Source of the DNA: Macrostomum lignano
Lineage: Eukaryota
Direction: 5' to 3'
Length of the DNA: 64,000 nt
Assembly: GCA_002269645.1 (NCBI GenBank)
Contig: NIVC01000366.1
Location: forward strand, 310,001 to 374,000
The translations under genes and the position numbers were made by a program. Below, in pieces: positions 27,901 through 49,661 of this stretch. The notes under the pieces are model-generated. The model ran no database searches and was not told the DNA's origin. It saw only the letters and a program-made list of their open reading frames with translations. Within the stretch, counting starts at the first letter, position 1, and each line of letters starts with the position of its first letter.

Positions 27901-29778
27901 TCACATGTGAAAGTCAGTAGGTCACATGTGAGAGTCAGTATGTCACATGTGAGAGTCAGTAGGTCACATGTGAAAGTCAGTAGGTCACATGTGAGAGTCT
28001 GTAGGTCACATGCGAGAGTCAGTAGGTCACATAGGTCTCATGGAGAGTGAGTGGATCAAGGATGGAGAGTCAGCAGATTCACATGTAGAGAGTCAGCAGA
28101 TTCACATCGAGAGTGAGCAGATTCACATGTAGAGAGTGAGCAGATTCACATGTAGAGAGTCAGCAGATTCACATGTAGAGAGTCAGCAGATTCACATCGA
28201 GAGTGAGCAGATTCACATGTAGAGAGTGAGCAGATTCACATGTAGAGAGTCAGCAGATTCACATGTAGAGAGTCGGCAGATTCACATGCAGAGTCAGCAG
28301 CGCCACTCACTGCCATCCGAGTAGGTCTCCACTCCGGCTCCGTCCTGCATCCCCAGTTGCCAGGTGCCCTCGTACCTGGCGCCGCTCGCCTCACTCTCCC
28401 TGACGCCGTAGCGGCCCTTGAAGCCGGTCATCCACTCGCCCCTGTACACCCAGCGGCCTTTCACCTCCACGCCGACTCCGTGCCGCTTGCCGTGTCGCCA
28501 TTCGCCTTCGTAGGTATTGCCGCTCGGCCAGATGTACACACCGGAGGCCTCGAAGCCGTCCTCCCAGTAGCCAGCGAACTCTCCTTGACCGCGCGGCCCC
28601 GTGACCAGGCCCAAGCCGTGAGCCTTGCCTTCGCTCCAGCCGCCCACGTAGGCCCCGCCGTCCTTGTAGAGATCGAATTATATATGAGTGAGAATATCAA
28701 TGAAAACTGCCGATTATCGATTTTGTTGGGCTGCGCCCTTCTAGTTTACTAGTGCACCTTGCCCTTCAGTTGCCCTTGTTTTTTTTGCTTTCTTGCCACC
28801 GCACCGTCCCGTCCCCCGTCTGGGCTCCGGGCCAGGGTTTGTGAGAGGCGTAGGCCTCAACCCTGGCCTAGCCTTTTCTGCACCCACCCAGCCCCCTGTC
28901 CAATCTGGGTGCTTGCCCTACCCCCCTCCCTCTTTGCCCCGCCTCACCCTGGGCTGCTCGCATTGGCTGGCAGGCTGATAAGCCGCCTGGGCCCCAGGGT
29001 TTGGCTCGCCCCTCTCCTTTCCACCCCACCCCTCCCCCCTTTTGTGCGGTCTTATTTAGGGCCCCGCCCTGGGCGTTCTTTTGGTGTCATCTGCATTCTG
29101 CTCATTGCGCGCCTGCATTCTGTTTTCGGCTTACTGCATTCTGTTAATTTGTTCGTTAGCTTCGATGTTCGCTGGCTCTTTGTTTCGATCAACGTACTTA
29201 ATCTCGCCAGTAAATACTTCGCTAAAACTACTAAGTCCAAGAAAGCGGAGGTGAGCTCGTACTTCGTCCTTTGGGTTGCCGCGAGGGGCCGGGAGTTGGA
29301 ATAGGGACCTGGGAGCGGTGAACTCTCGCTAATCCCAGGGTGTTCGGCCAGGCAAACTTTCGCCGCGTCGTTCGAGGGACGCGTAGGCGTAGCTGGGGTG
29401 AGGGCTAGGACCGGGGTGTCTCTGGCGGGAGGACCCGAACCCTGACCCGTCCGGCGGCCATTAGGCCAAGACGCAACAATTTCTTAAACTCCAGGATGGT
29501 GAGTGGTGACTGAGGCTGCTCAGTGGTTGACACGTGCACGCTTCTCTCCCAAAAGTACGCAAATTTGGATAGAAGAAGAGTAAGTACGGAGAGAAAAAAA
29601 GAAGAGAGCTGAGAAGAGACACAAGCCTTGAGGGGTGGGGCGGATTGCTAACTGTGAAGTTTCGAAGGACCCGAGGGCCGAATAGAGAGGCTCACTGGAG
29701 AGGCATCACACTCACACGGGGTGATGTACACACTCTCTGACTCACCTCAAAGTCAAATCGGCCTCCGTCGGTTGTCAT
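20181..29778 (-). CDS. JPH: Junctophilin (MORN-repeat ER-plasma membrane tether), complete, 906 aa
   Basis: Exons 29778-29746 ([11 protein letters not shown]), 28662-28311 (DGGAYVGGW...MORN repeats), 27673-27131 (...[15 protein letters not shown]), 26744-26447 ([10 protein letters not shown]...MORN), 26046-25928 (helical region, ...[10 protein letters not shown]), 25288-24643 (polyG/poly[10 protein letters not shown]), 23885-23601, 22333-21994 ([17 protein letters not shown]) and 20285-20181 (C-terminal transmembrane anchor [30 protein letters not shown]). Total 2721 nt and all phases join. Confidence 0.95.
20430..20660. repeat. 18-bp minisatellite (CAGGGTGTACAGCTCACA)
   Basis: About 13 units in the last junctophilin intron. 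Confidence 0.92.
21529..21623. mobile_element. 95-bp hairpin/MITE-like element in the last junctophilin intron
   Basis: Inverted arms of about 35 bp: AATCAGCGGTCGCAGCACGTGACAACGATTTGTCT and AGACAATCGTTGTCACGCACTGGGACCGCTGATT. Confidence 0.55.
23000..23590. repeat. 19-20-bp minisatellite (TTGGCGCCCGAATCCCGACA / TTGGCGCCCCTTATCCCGACA)
   Basis: Tandem units starting just after the donor at 23600. Confidence 0.92.
24015..24610. repeat. 20-bp minisatellite (GAGTCAGTGAGGGTCAGGTT)
   Basis: Tandem units in a junctophilin intron. Confidence 0.92.
25305..25855. repeat. 10-bp G-rich repeat (GGGTCAGGTT / TTAGGGTCA variants)
   Basis: Tandem units filling most of the 25289-25927 intron. Confidence 0.9.
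26070..26450. repeat. 34-bp minisatellite containing the splice-donor consensus
   Basis: Unit ACACTCACCTGGTCATCGCACTCCATCTGGTCAT. On the gene strand each unit carries CAG|GTGAGT. Confidence 0.93.
26762..27060. repeat. 23-bp minisatellite (AACTAGCTTCCGGTTATTTTGGTG-type)
   Basis: About 13 units. Confidence 0.9.
27705..28295. repeat. Two adjacent 20-22-bp minisatellites (GAGAGTCAGTAGGTCACATG; GAGAGTCAGCAGATTCACATGTA)
   Basis: Related tandem units filling junctophilin intron 2. Confidence 0.9.
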
Positions 29779-30387
29779 GGCAATGACAACAACCAGATGA
29801 CGCCCCAGCAGTTGGTGGCGCCTCGCCTGTCTCTGCAGAACGCCGATCCGGGTGCCTGACTCAGCTTCCGGACCCCGCCGAGCTGCCTGGTCGGACACAG
29901 CAATTAGCGGCTTCAGTCTGTTTCTAAGAAAACACTAGCTAGCACTGCTGGCCGGGTCGGAGAAATTTATAAACGAAACAGAGGCGGCGATATCTGCCGG
30001 CCGGGACTGCACAACATGTACAGCCAAACTATTTGCAACACGAGCTCAGAGTCTCAGAGTCCAACTTAAAAAAGCTCTTCCACTGAAATTTTCAATCTGT
30101 TCGAAATACTTTAGAGCTTATTTTCTTACAAGCCGGTTGCCTCTGTCTCTCTGATTTTTACTGAAACAGAAGTTCCAGGGCTTAGCAAACTACTTTTTCT
30201 GTTATCCACCCTCTCCCCTGCATTTCCGCACATACCGAATCCCCGCGCTCGAAGTTCGACGACCCAAGCCAGCGGGGCGCAGCATTTCCATTCGCCATCC
30301 AACCCCAGCCTCCGCCAATCCAGCTAAGGACATCTACGAACGAATCTGGACTGGAAGAAAGATCTGCATCTGGTTAGTGACAAGCAC

Positions 30388-30952
30388 CCTTGGTGCTGGC
30401 GCCCCTGGTGCTGGCGCCTCTGGTGCTGGCGCTCCTGGTGCTGGCGCCCCTGGTGCTGGCGCCCCTGGTGCTGGCGCCCCTGGTGCTGGCACCCCTGGTG
30501 CTGGCGCCCCTGGTGCTGGCGCCCCTGGTGCTGGCGCCCCTGGTGCTGGCGCCCCTGGTGCTGGCGCCCCTGGTGCTGGCGCCCCTGGTGCTAAAGCCCC
30601 TGGTGCTGGCGCCCCTGGTGCTGGCGCCCCTGGTGCTAAAGCCCCTGGTGCTAAAGCCCCTGGTGCTAAAGCCCCTGGTGCTGGCGCCCCTGGTGCTGGC
30701 GCCCCTGGTGCTAAAGCCCCTGGTGCTAAAGCCCCTGGTGCTAAAGCCCCTGGTGCTAAAGCCCCTGGTGCTGGCGCCCTGGTGCTGGCGCCCCTGGTGC
30801 TAAAGCCCCTGGTGCTAAAGCCCCTGGTGCTAAAGCCCCTGGTGCTAAAGCCCCTGGTGCTAAAGCCCCTGGTGCTAAAGCCCCTGGTGCTAAAGCCCCT
30901 AGTGCTGGTGCCCCTGGTGCTAAAGCCCCTGGTGCTAAAGCCCCTGGTGCTA
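30388..30952. repeat. 15-bp minisatellite GGTGCT(GGC/AAA)GCCCCT
   Basis: The GGC variant dominates the left half and the AAA variant the right half. Same family as 61915-62515. Confidence 0.95.
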
Positions 30953-31457
30953 ACAATTTCTAATTTTAGCGGCTATTAAAAGGACTATATAATTCACCTT
31001 AAAAACTTGTTGGGCCAATTTTCTAGTCCAGACCCAGGCCGATTTCCAGAGGTCCCTGTTATCCAGCAGCCCTCAGCAATGACCAGAGCTTCTTTTAGTA
31101 TCGACCCGGGATTGCTATGGACGGAAGGACAGCCCGCGGGTGTAGCGGTGAGAGAACGGAATGAAGCGCATGGTCATTATGCGCCACGAGGGATTGGAAT
31201 AATGGGAAGACAAGGGGAGGTGGGGAAGACGGGAGATGGGGAGAGCAGAAACCTGCCCCATATTTTTATTGGACGAATGTCGAGGGATGGGGGCGGCGTC
31301 TTTTATTTAACCACACATCCGGGAGCCCGCCCCCCCGCAGCGCCATGCCAGGCCTTCAGTACGTTTTGTTAGGGATTTCGAATGCAGGGGAGAACTTGCG
31401 AGTTGCCGCACAACCGCGCGTGCGCTTCGGCGTACGCGGCCTTCGGGAGCTCCCCAA

Positions 31458-31745
<288 letters not shown>

Positions 31746-32114
31746 TTCGAGAAATTTCAAAAGCCCGTGAGCTGTAAATTTCAAATAGTCCTAATTAGGC
31801 TTGCTAGTCACTTTTACTAGCTCTTAATTTCAAAGGACTTCAGCGATGTAAAATTCCAAGCTTACTACGACTTCGTCTGTCGGTTTTTCGTCGTCCCAAC
31901 CGCCTGTCTGCGTTTTTACATCCGGTTCACCTACAAACCTTCGTACTATCCAGCGGACTTTTCTTTACAATTCATTCCAAATCTAAATAAACAAACAGAA
32001 GAACTTATGCAGTACGCACTACTTGCTATCGTCAGTAGCAGTTAAGACAAATCAGGATTGCGTATTTCAAACTGTATTAAATTTCAAAAAGGGCCGTCTG
32101 TCGCCCACTTGTTT

Positions 32115-32286
32115 GTCAGTCAGTCAGTCAGTCAGTCAGTCAGTCAGTCAGTCAGTCAGTCAGTCAGTCAGTCAGTCAGTCAGTCAGTCAGTCAGTCAGT
32201 CAGTCAGTCAGTCAGTCAGTCAGTCAGTCAGTCAGTCAGTCAGTCAGTCAGTCAGTCAGTCAGTCAGTCAGTCAGTCAGTCAGTCA
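32115..32286. repeat. (CAGT)n microsatellite
   Basis: Direct observation. Confidence 0.97.
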
Positions 32287-33727
32287 TGTAACTCACCTAA
32301 ACTCCAAGGAATCGAGCAGACGAGAGACTTTCTTGACTTTCCAAATCGAAGCTGCTAAATTGGTTTTGAGTTGCTTAGCTTTTATCCAAAGTCCAAGTCC
32401 AAGCGAGAGAAACGATTATTTTAAGCCTAAGCACGAGCTACCCTGACGGAAGCAGAGAATTCAAAGCAGTTAGAAGGGGGGAGGCTTAGCCAGTTGTGTG
32501 GCGAGAGAGAGGAATGGCAATAAAATATTACTGCGTTTCCGACCGTTTAGCAATAAAACAACTAATTTACCGTAGTATTGAGTGGCACTGCATGGTAGTA
32601 ATGGGTTTCTATTGCTGGCAACATTGCTCAGCCAAGTGAGCAGGGAACTGGTGCTTGGGCACTGACTGCTGCAGAATCCTCAGTGCAGTAGAGGATTCTA
32701 ACAGAAAGATGCATGGAAACTATCATACACTTATATATATATAAATTTCCCTCAGAGAAGTTGCCATTGCTATCCCGACGAATCGCAGAGGCAAAGCACC
32801 AGCAGGGAGATGGGAAAAAGCAGGAAGAAAAGCAAAAGTCCAACTTTTTAGCCCTTTCGAATGCCTTTAAAAACTGGGATGGATTCGGCATTAAGGAGGC
32901 AGGAACTGGGATGTGTATGTTGTTGGGGTGGGAAAGGGGTGTAGATGGGAATATTCAAGCTTCCGTAGGTCAGTTCGGAAGACACCTGCGCCGCACGCTT
33001 CTGCACGGTTAGTCGCTAGGCAGCCTGTTAAACGAAGCGCACATAAGAAAAGAGGGCCAGAGGTCCACAGCCCAGAGCTTCAATACCGCGCGCAGACCTT
33101 GGCAAGAAGTTCTTGCCAACCATTGGGCAAACACAATGTCCGGCCGAATCTGCTGAGTTTGCAGAGTTTTTGTACAATTCCTGTAAATTGTAGTTCAGCT
33201 ATCGAACTGTGTACACTGCATGATCGGGTCTAAAAAATTTCACTATCGTTGCAAAAAGAAACCACCCTGTTGGGGTGGCAACTTGTCTATTGTTACTAAA
33301 CTTTATCTCTATCTATAGGTAGTGCTTGTAATAATCAATTTTGCATAAAATTAGCTATTTTATAATTCCTCCTAAAGGGTGCATGAAGCCGTTCCCTAAC
33401 AAGTATCCAGTCCTAGAATTTGATTTTACCAATTCGTTTTTAATATTTTTGTATCTGTGAGAAAAAACTCACCTGAGGAGGATTGGTGGGGCTTGCAGTT
33501 TACCAGCTGTACTTTTGTTGGAATACTTATATAGCTAACTTTTTATAGATTTCTTATCAATTCTAGAACATAATGTACTAACATTACCTACGACGAAAAG
33601 CCTTTAGCTATAGTTAAGAGTCACTGTAAACGCAGCAAACTACTGCACGAGTCTATCTGTAAGTAGTACGCTCGAATTTACTCGTAAAAACTTCTTCTTA
33701 TATTAATAAAGCAGCATATAAACGGTT

Positions 33728-33911
<184 letters not shown>

Positions 33912-34715
33912 AAGAAGAGAAGAGCTTGCGTACAACACAAATTATTTCTGGAGTACTCCTACATGTATATAGGTAAATGTTTACTACAGGTATATTAATT
34001 ATGACTTATAAAACCTCATCTTCTTTTAAACCTCATTTAAAAGGAAATGCTTCTATTATCTTTTTAACCGTAAAAGTCACTGTGAGCGCGGCAAAACTAC
34101 TGCGTAAGTAAATCTAAAAGTAGTATATAAAGTTTCCTATGGTAAATCAATAAAACTTAACAAAACTGCTGAAATATATATTATAGTTTGTTTTACCAAC
34201 ACGAAGGTTAGCTAATGACTAATGGAGAAATGTTGTATTTTCAATAGCCAAAATACAAACTCAACGGCTCCATTCTCTGCCATGAAACCGCACTCGGCCA
34301 TAGACAATACAGGCCAATCAAGTGCAAATAATAAACAGATAGAGACTACAACAGTATAACAGATCACAATAAATAAAGTCGGCTATTAAATATTATCGAA
34401 TGAGTTGAAATTTACAGAGAAAAAATAATAAGATTGCAAAGTGATTTTATATATAATATAACTGTCATTAAGAGCTCTAGCATTCACGGTAATGTGATTC
34501 AACAAAATAAATAATTGACATTTACTTGTGTACAAAAACTGAAAAATCCGTCTCTGCATTAATATACCCGACTGCTAAAGATTGCTTTAATAAATAAGCA
34601 AAAAAGTGGAAAACAAAACAAAGCAATTATGGGATAATGAGAGGTAATTTTAATACTAATACACGCAATCAAATCTTTTCATAGCGAACAGTTTTTATTA
34701 GTTTCCATAAATATT

Positions 34716-36290
34716 GTGATTTACGTGTTCCATATCGTGATTCACCTGTTCCATTTTGTGATTCACCTGTTCCATTTTGTGATTCACCTGTTCCATTTTG
34801 TGATTCACCTGTTCCATATTGTGATTCACCTGTTCCATATTGTGATTTACCTATTTCATATTGTGAATCACGTACCTGTTCGATATTGTGAAATATCACC
34901 TGTTCCATATTGTGATTCACCTGTTCCATATTGTCATTCACCTGTTCCATATTGTGATTCACCTGTTCCATTTTGTGATTCACCTGTTCCATATTGTGAT
35001 TCACCTGTTCCATATTGTGATTCACCAGTACGACATTGTGTTTCACCTGTTCCATATTGTAATTTACCTGTTCTATTTTGTGATTCACTAGTACGAAATT
35101 GTGTTTCACCTGTTCCATATTGTGATTCACCTGTTCCATATTGTGATTCACCAGTACGACAGTGTGTTTCACCTGTTCCATATTGTAATTCACCTGTTCC
35201 ATATTGTGATTCACCAGTACGACATTGTGTTTCACCTGTTCCATATTCTCATTCACCTGTTCCATATTGTGATTCACCTGTTCCATTTTGTGATTCACCT
35301 GTTCCATATTGTGATTCACCAGTACGACATTGTGTTTCACCTGTTCCATATTGTAATTCACCTGTTCCATATTGTGATTCACCTGTTCCATATTGTGAAT
35401 CACATGTTCGATTTTGTGAATATCACCCGTTCGATATGGTGATTTACCTGTTCCATATTGTGAATCACGTACCTGTTTGATATTGTGAATCACGTACCTG
35501 TTCGATATTGTGAAATATCACCTGTTCCATATTGTGATTCACCTGTTCCATATTGTGATTTACTTGTTCCATTTTGTGATTCACCTGTTCCATATTGTGA
35601 TTCACCTGTTCCATATTGTGATTCACCAGTACGACATTGTGTTTCACCTGTTCCATATTGTAATTTACCCGTTCTATATTGTGATTCACTAGTACGAAAT
35701 TGTGTTTCATCTGTTCCATATTGTGATTCACCTGTTCCATATTGTGATTCACCAGTACGACATTGTGTTTCACCTGTTCCATATTGTAATTCACCTGTTC
35801 CATATTGTGATTCACCAGTACGACATTGTGTTTCACCTGTTCCATATTGTAATTCACCTGTTCCATATTGTGATTCACCTGTTCCATATTGTGAATCACA
35901 TGTTCGATTTTGTGAATATCACCCGTTCGATATGGTGATTTACCTGTTCCATATTGTGATTCACCTGTTCCATATTGTGAATCACGTACCTGCTTGATAT
36001 TGTGAATCACGTACCTGTTCGATATTGTGAAATATCACCTGTTCCATATTGTGATTCACCTGTTCCATATTGTCATTCACCTGTTCCATATTGTGATTTA
36101 CTTGTTCCATATTGTGATTTACTTGTTCCATATTGTGATTCACCTAGCTGTTCGATATTGTGAATATCAACTCTACGATATTGTAATTCACCTGTACGAT
36201 ATTGTGAATCACTTGTACGATATTGTGATTCTTCTGTACATTATTGCGAATCACCTGTTTGACATTGTGAATCACCTGTTCAACACTCTG
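34716..36290. repeat. 21-bp minisatellite (TGTGATTCACCTGTTCCATAT) with block duplications
   Basis: Array of about 1.6 kb starting about 140 nt downstream of the CASK stop codon. Confidence 0.93.
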
Positions 36291-36430
36291 GTGTCACCCT
36301 GTGTTACATGGTGTGTCACCTGCCATTACAAACATTTTTACACTTACAACAATACTTCTCCAAGAACTAATGCAACAGAATAGAAAGTTTATATACAGAG
36401 AACAGACCAGAGTTTCTCAATCCCTCCTAC

Positions 36431-44286
<7,856 letters not shown>

Positions 44287-45934
44287 GGCTTTCGCCTATA
44301 TTTTAAGTCACAAAGCTTATTCTCTTCAAGCAAATCCAAGCAATGCACGGAAGCGCAAAGCTTTCCACTCATCTTTATCTTGTCCATTTTTTTCTTTCAG
44401 CTAGTCTTCTCAACCTCCTGGAGAGAAATGATGCGATTGGGCGAAGAAGTTGAGGGATTAAAGATTTGAGACACACAGCAGCCCCGAATAGCCGCGACCA
44501 GAAGGACGCGAACAATTTTCGGGAAATGAGAAAGTTTTTTTCAATCAGTTTCCGAGTTCTTTCTCTCTTCCCCCGCCCCCTAGTGATCCCCAGACGAAGT
44601 TTCCAGCTATTAAATCGCAACCTCGGTCACGCGCCCCGTTCTCCAAATTTCTTCTGCAGTAGCCGATGGATGAGAAGCGAGGCACAAGAGGGATCTGGAG
44701 CGCGGAGGGTTCAAGAGCGATTCCTAGAAAACTAGATTCCGATTATCTCCCAGGCCAGCTCCCCACCCGTCTGATCCTCAATCCACCCGCCCCCCCCCCT
44801 TTTACTGCTAATGACGCGGCCTGCCGCTTCAACGATCGCAAATTGGTTACGAAGCTGCGCTTCCCCCACTCACTTCGAATTCAGCCCCTAAACAGTCAAT
44901 GGCATTTCGGGGGCCGACATTTTCTCTTCCAGGCGACAATGAGAGGCCGAGGGGCGAGCTTTCTGAGACTGAATCGATTTCTTCTTCTATAAACTAAAAA
45001 AGAAGAAGGGCTTCTTCGCCCCATGTACTCCAGTTCCAGCCGCGCGGCGCACTGATTGAATTATACTAGACTTGTCCCGTGGACCAGTATAGTGCCGCCT
45101 ATATGGACTGGCGGTTAGTAACAGGCATCGATTCTTTACAGCCAAATTGTCGGGAGAGAGACCTTCTTCTTCTTTTTCTCTAGCCTGCGCAATCAGTTGA
45201 AGGCGTGCCCATGCATTGAGAATTACATTTTTACACGAGCCTAGTAATTATAGGTGGGATATGCGGGATGAATTTGTGAGACTAGCAGGCACGACCGAAG
45301 TAAGATGAATTCCGCCTATAGCTACTCACGTCACATCGGATTTGGCTCTTAAATCCGTCTCTCTATCTACTCCCCTTTATAACGGGATTATTGTACTAAT
45401 GATAAAAAAGCATACACAACAATACAATCAGTGCCGGATTGGTTCAATTCATTCTTCATTTTTTCTCTTCACAATGCTACAAGTTATAACACGCCTTCCA
45501 TGGCTCAACTCTCTCTCTCCGGCTAGCTTTATCCGATCGTGCGTTTCGTTTGCATACAAATTGCTTTGGGAGGACGGCCTGGACAGGGGATCTTTTGCTG
45601 GAGATATTGCTGTAGTGGATATTTCTAGTCTATAGCTGCTACATTTTGAATATTGTATACAGTACAGCACAGCTGCTTGACAAGCATCATCTGCTTGGCA
45701 GAAGATGACGAGATGTAGCGTGTAGGGTAGCAATTATTTTTAACCCAACCGATGATGCGATACCGTTCTGATCAATAAAGTCCAGCTCGATTTCGATTAT
45801 TATTTACTTTTAAACTGCTCCTGTTTGCTTTTTTGAATTCGGATTAGCAATCGAACTTTAATAGACGAGTTGAAGTGCGTGGAGTTTGCTTAGTTTTAGA
45901 TACCCTCCTATTAAATTGAATAGTTGTAGATGGA

Positions 45935-46215
45935 AACAGCTGAAGACCTATTCTAAACAGCTGAAGACCGATTCTAAACAGCTGAAGACCTATCCTAAAC
46001 GGCTGAAGACCTATTCTAAACAGCTGAAGACCTATTCTATTCAGCTGAAGACCTATCCTAAACAGCTGAAGACCTATCCTAAACAGTTGGAGACCAATCC
46101 TAAACAGTTGAAGACCAATCCTAAACAGCTGAAGACCAATCCTAAACAGCTACTGAAAACCTATCCTAAACAGCTGAAGACCTATCCTAAACAGCTGAAG
46201 ACCTATCCTAAATAG
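45935..46215. repeat. 21-bp minisatellite (ACAGCTGAAGACCTATCCTAA)
   Basis: About 13 units. Confidence 0.9.
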
Positions 46216-46371
46216 CTCAAGACGTATCTTAAAAACGCCGAAGATCTACACGTACATGCAGCCTATTTTTTACAGGGAAAAAAATATGAGACACCTGAAA
46301 GTAGACCTTAACACCAAGATGGAAAGCTGTCTAAAGCATCGATAAAATTTTGGCGGCCTACTCGATACAAT

Positions 46372-47946
<1,575 letters not shown>

Positions 47947-49661
47947 GTTGCAACTCCCTGGCAACTCACAACTCGGAGTTCACACTTCAATAAACTTTTC
48001 TATTTCTGTGTTCGGCTGATAAAATATCTGCCTAGCCTATATAGAAATTTTTGTATACAGCTAGCTTATGACGAGTCTTTTAAATAAAGTTTTGCTCGCT
48101 CCATTGGCCAACCGAGCAGCTTCGAGGCGAACCGGCGATAGCTATAGAAACGGAAACTTATATTTCTAACAGTTGAAGCAGGGCCTAGCATGGAGAGAAG
48201 TAAAAAAGTGTATTGGGAGGGGGAATAGAGGGAGGGGGCCTAACGAACTGGTTCCTGAGTGAGATAACGGGTCTCCGGGATCTCGGGATAGGCTGCTGGG
48301 ATAACCGCTTATCCCCGTTCTCCCACGCACTCCTTTCTCCCCTTCCTCCTTTGGCCCTCACCCATCGTTCGGTGGGTTTCCCTGCCTTCTATAATTCCCT
48401 CTTCTAGAAGAGGAAACGGCTTAGCAAAATAAACTGCCTTATACCTGAGACGGGCGGCTTGGTCCGACGCCTGCATGGTGGCGGATATTAAACAGGATTT
48501 TCATCAACTCGCGGCGCCGTCCCTCCCCCTTTTTCTTGTTTCGTTTCCATCTCCTGTGCAATATTATCTTCATCATGATCATGATCAGCATCCTCTTCTA
48601 CTTCTTCTGTGTAATTCCCTTGACGAGCTGAGGCTAAAATCAAGGTAGACAGGAGTTCAATAAGCAGCAGCCATCGAATGACGCGCAGAGCTAATGGGCT
48701 GTGCATTTTTAAGAGTTCTATCCACTGCTATGGATATAGTAAGATAAAACAGATACGAACTATTTTTGGATGAATACTTAAAAGTTCAGATTTTGATCAG
48801 TCTTCGCATTAAGTAAACGAGGCTCAATGAAGACAGATACAGCGTCTTACTCTAGATTTTAGCGTCAATATAGCGTCTTATTCTAGATTTTAGCGCCAAT
48901 ATAGTGTCTTACTCTAGATTTTAGCGCCAATATAGTGTCTTACTCTAGATTTTAGTTACTCTAGATTTTAGCGCCAATATAGTGTCTTACTCTAGATTTT
49001 AGCGCCAATATAGTGTCTTACTCTAGATTTTAGCGCCAATATAGTGTCTTACTCTAGATTTTAGTTACTCTAGATTTTAGTTACTCTAGATTTTAGTTAC
49101 TCTAGATTTTAGCGCCAATATAGTGTCTTACTCTAGATTTTAGCGCCAATATAGTGTCTTACTCTAGATTTTAGCGCCAATATAGCGTCTTACTCTAGAT
49201 TTTAGCGCCAATATAGCGTCTTACTCTAGATTTTAGTTACTCTAGATTTTAGCGCCAATATAGTGTCTTACTCTAGATTTTAGCGCCAATATAGTGTCTT
49301 ACTCTAGATTTTAGCGCCAATATAGTGTCTTACTCTAGATTTTAGCGCCAATATAGAGTCTTAATCTAGATTTTAGCGCCAATATAGTGTCTTACTCTAG
49401 ATTTTAGCGCCAATATAGTGTCTTACTCTAGATTTTAGCGCCAATATAGTGTCTTACTCTAGATTTTAGCGCCAATATAGTGTCTTACTCTAGATTTTAG
49501 CGCCAATATAGTGTCTTACTCTAGATTTTAGCGCCAATATAGTGTCTTACTCTAGATTTTAGCGCCAATATAGTGTCTTACTCTAGATTTTAGCGCCAAT
49601 ATAGTGTCTTACTCTAGATTTTAGCGCCAATATAGAGTCTTACTCTAGATTTTAGTGCCGA

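Noticed and set aside
29200-29505. Plus-strand donor-like sites (GAG|GTGAGC at ~29250, ATG|GTGAGT at ~29498) suggesting an antisense gene
   Set aside because: No matching downstream plus-strand exons could be identified.
30377-30979. GAPGA collagen- or silk-like ORF (also 62352-62577)
   Set aside because: It is a 15-bp minisatellite open in multiple frames, with no unique flanking coding sequence or splice support, and the same array occurs elsewhere.
32713-33012. 99-aa plus-strand ORF in the CASK-junctophilin interval
   Set aside because: No recognisable homology or clean splice structure.
34669-36383. NHNMEQV and SPVPYCD repeat ORFs
   Set aside because: Translations of the 21-bp array downstream of the CASK stop codon.
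45449-45733. 94-aa ORF between the polyQ ORF and CASK as the L27N exon
   Set aside because: No L27 pattern and no convincing donor.
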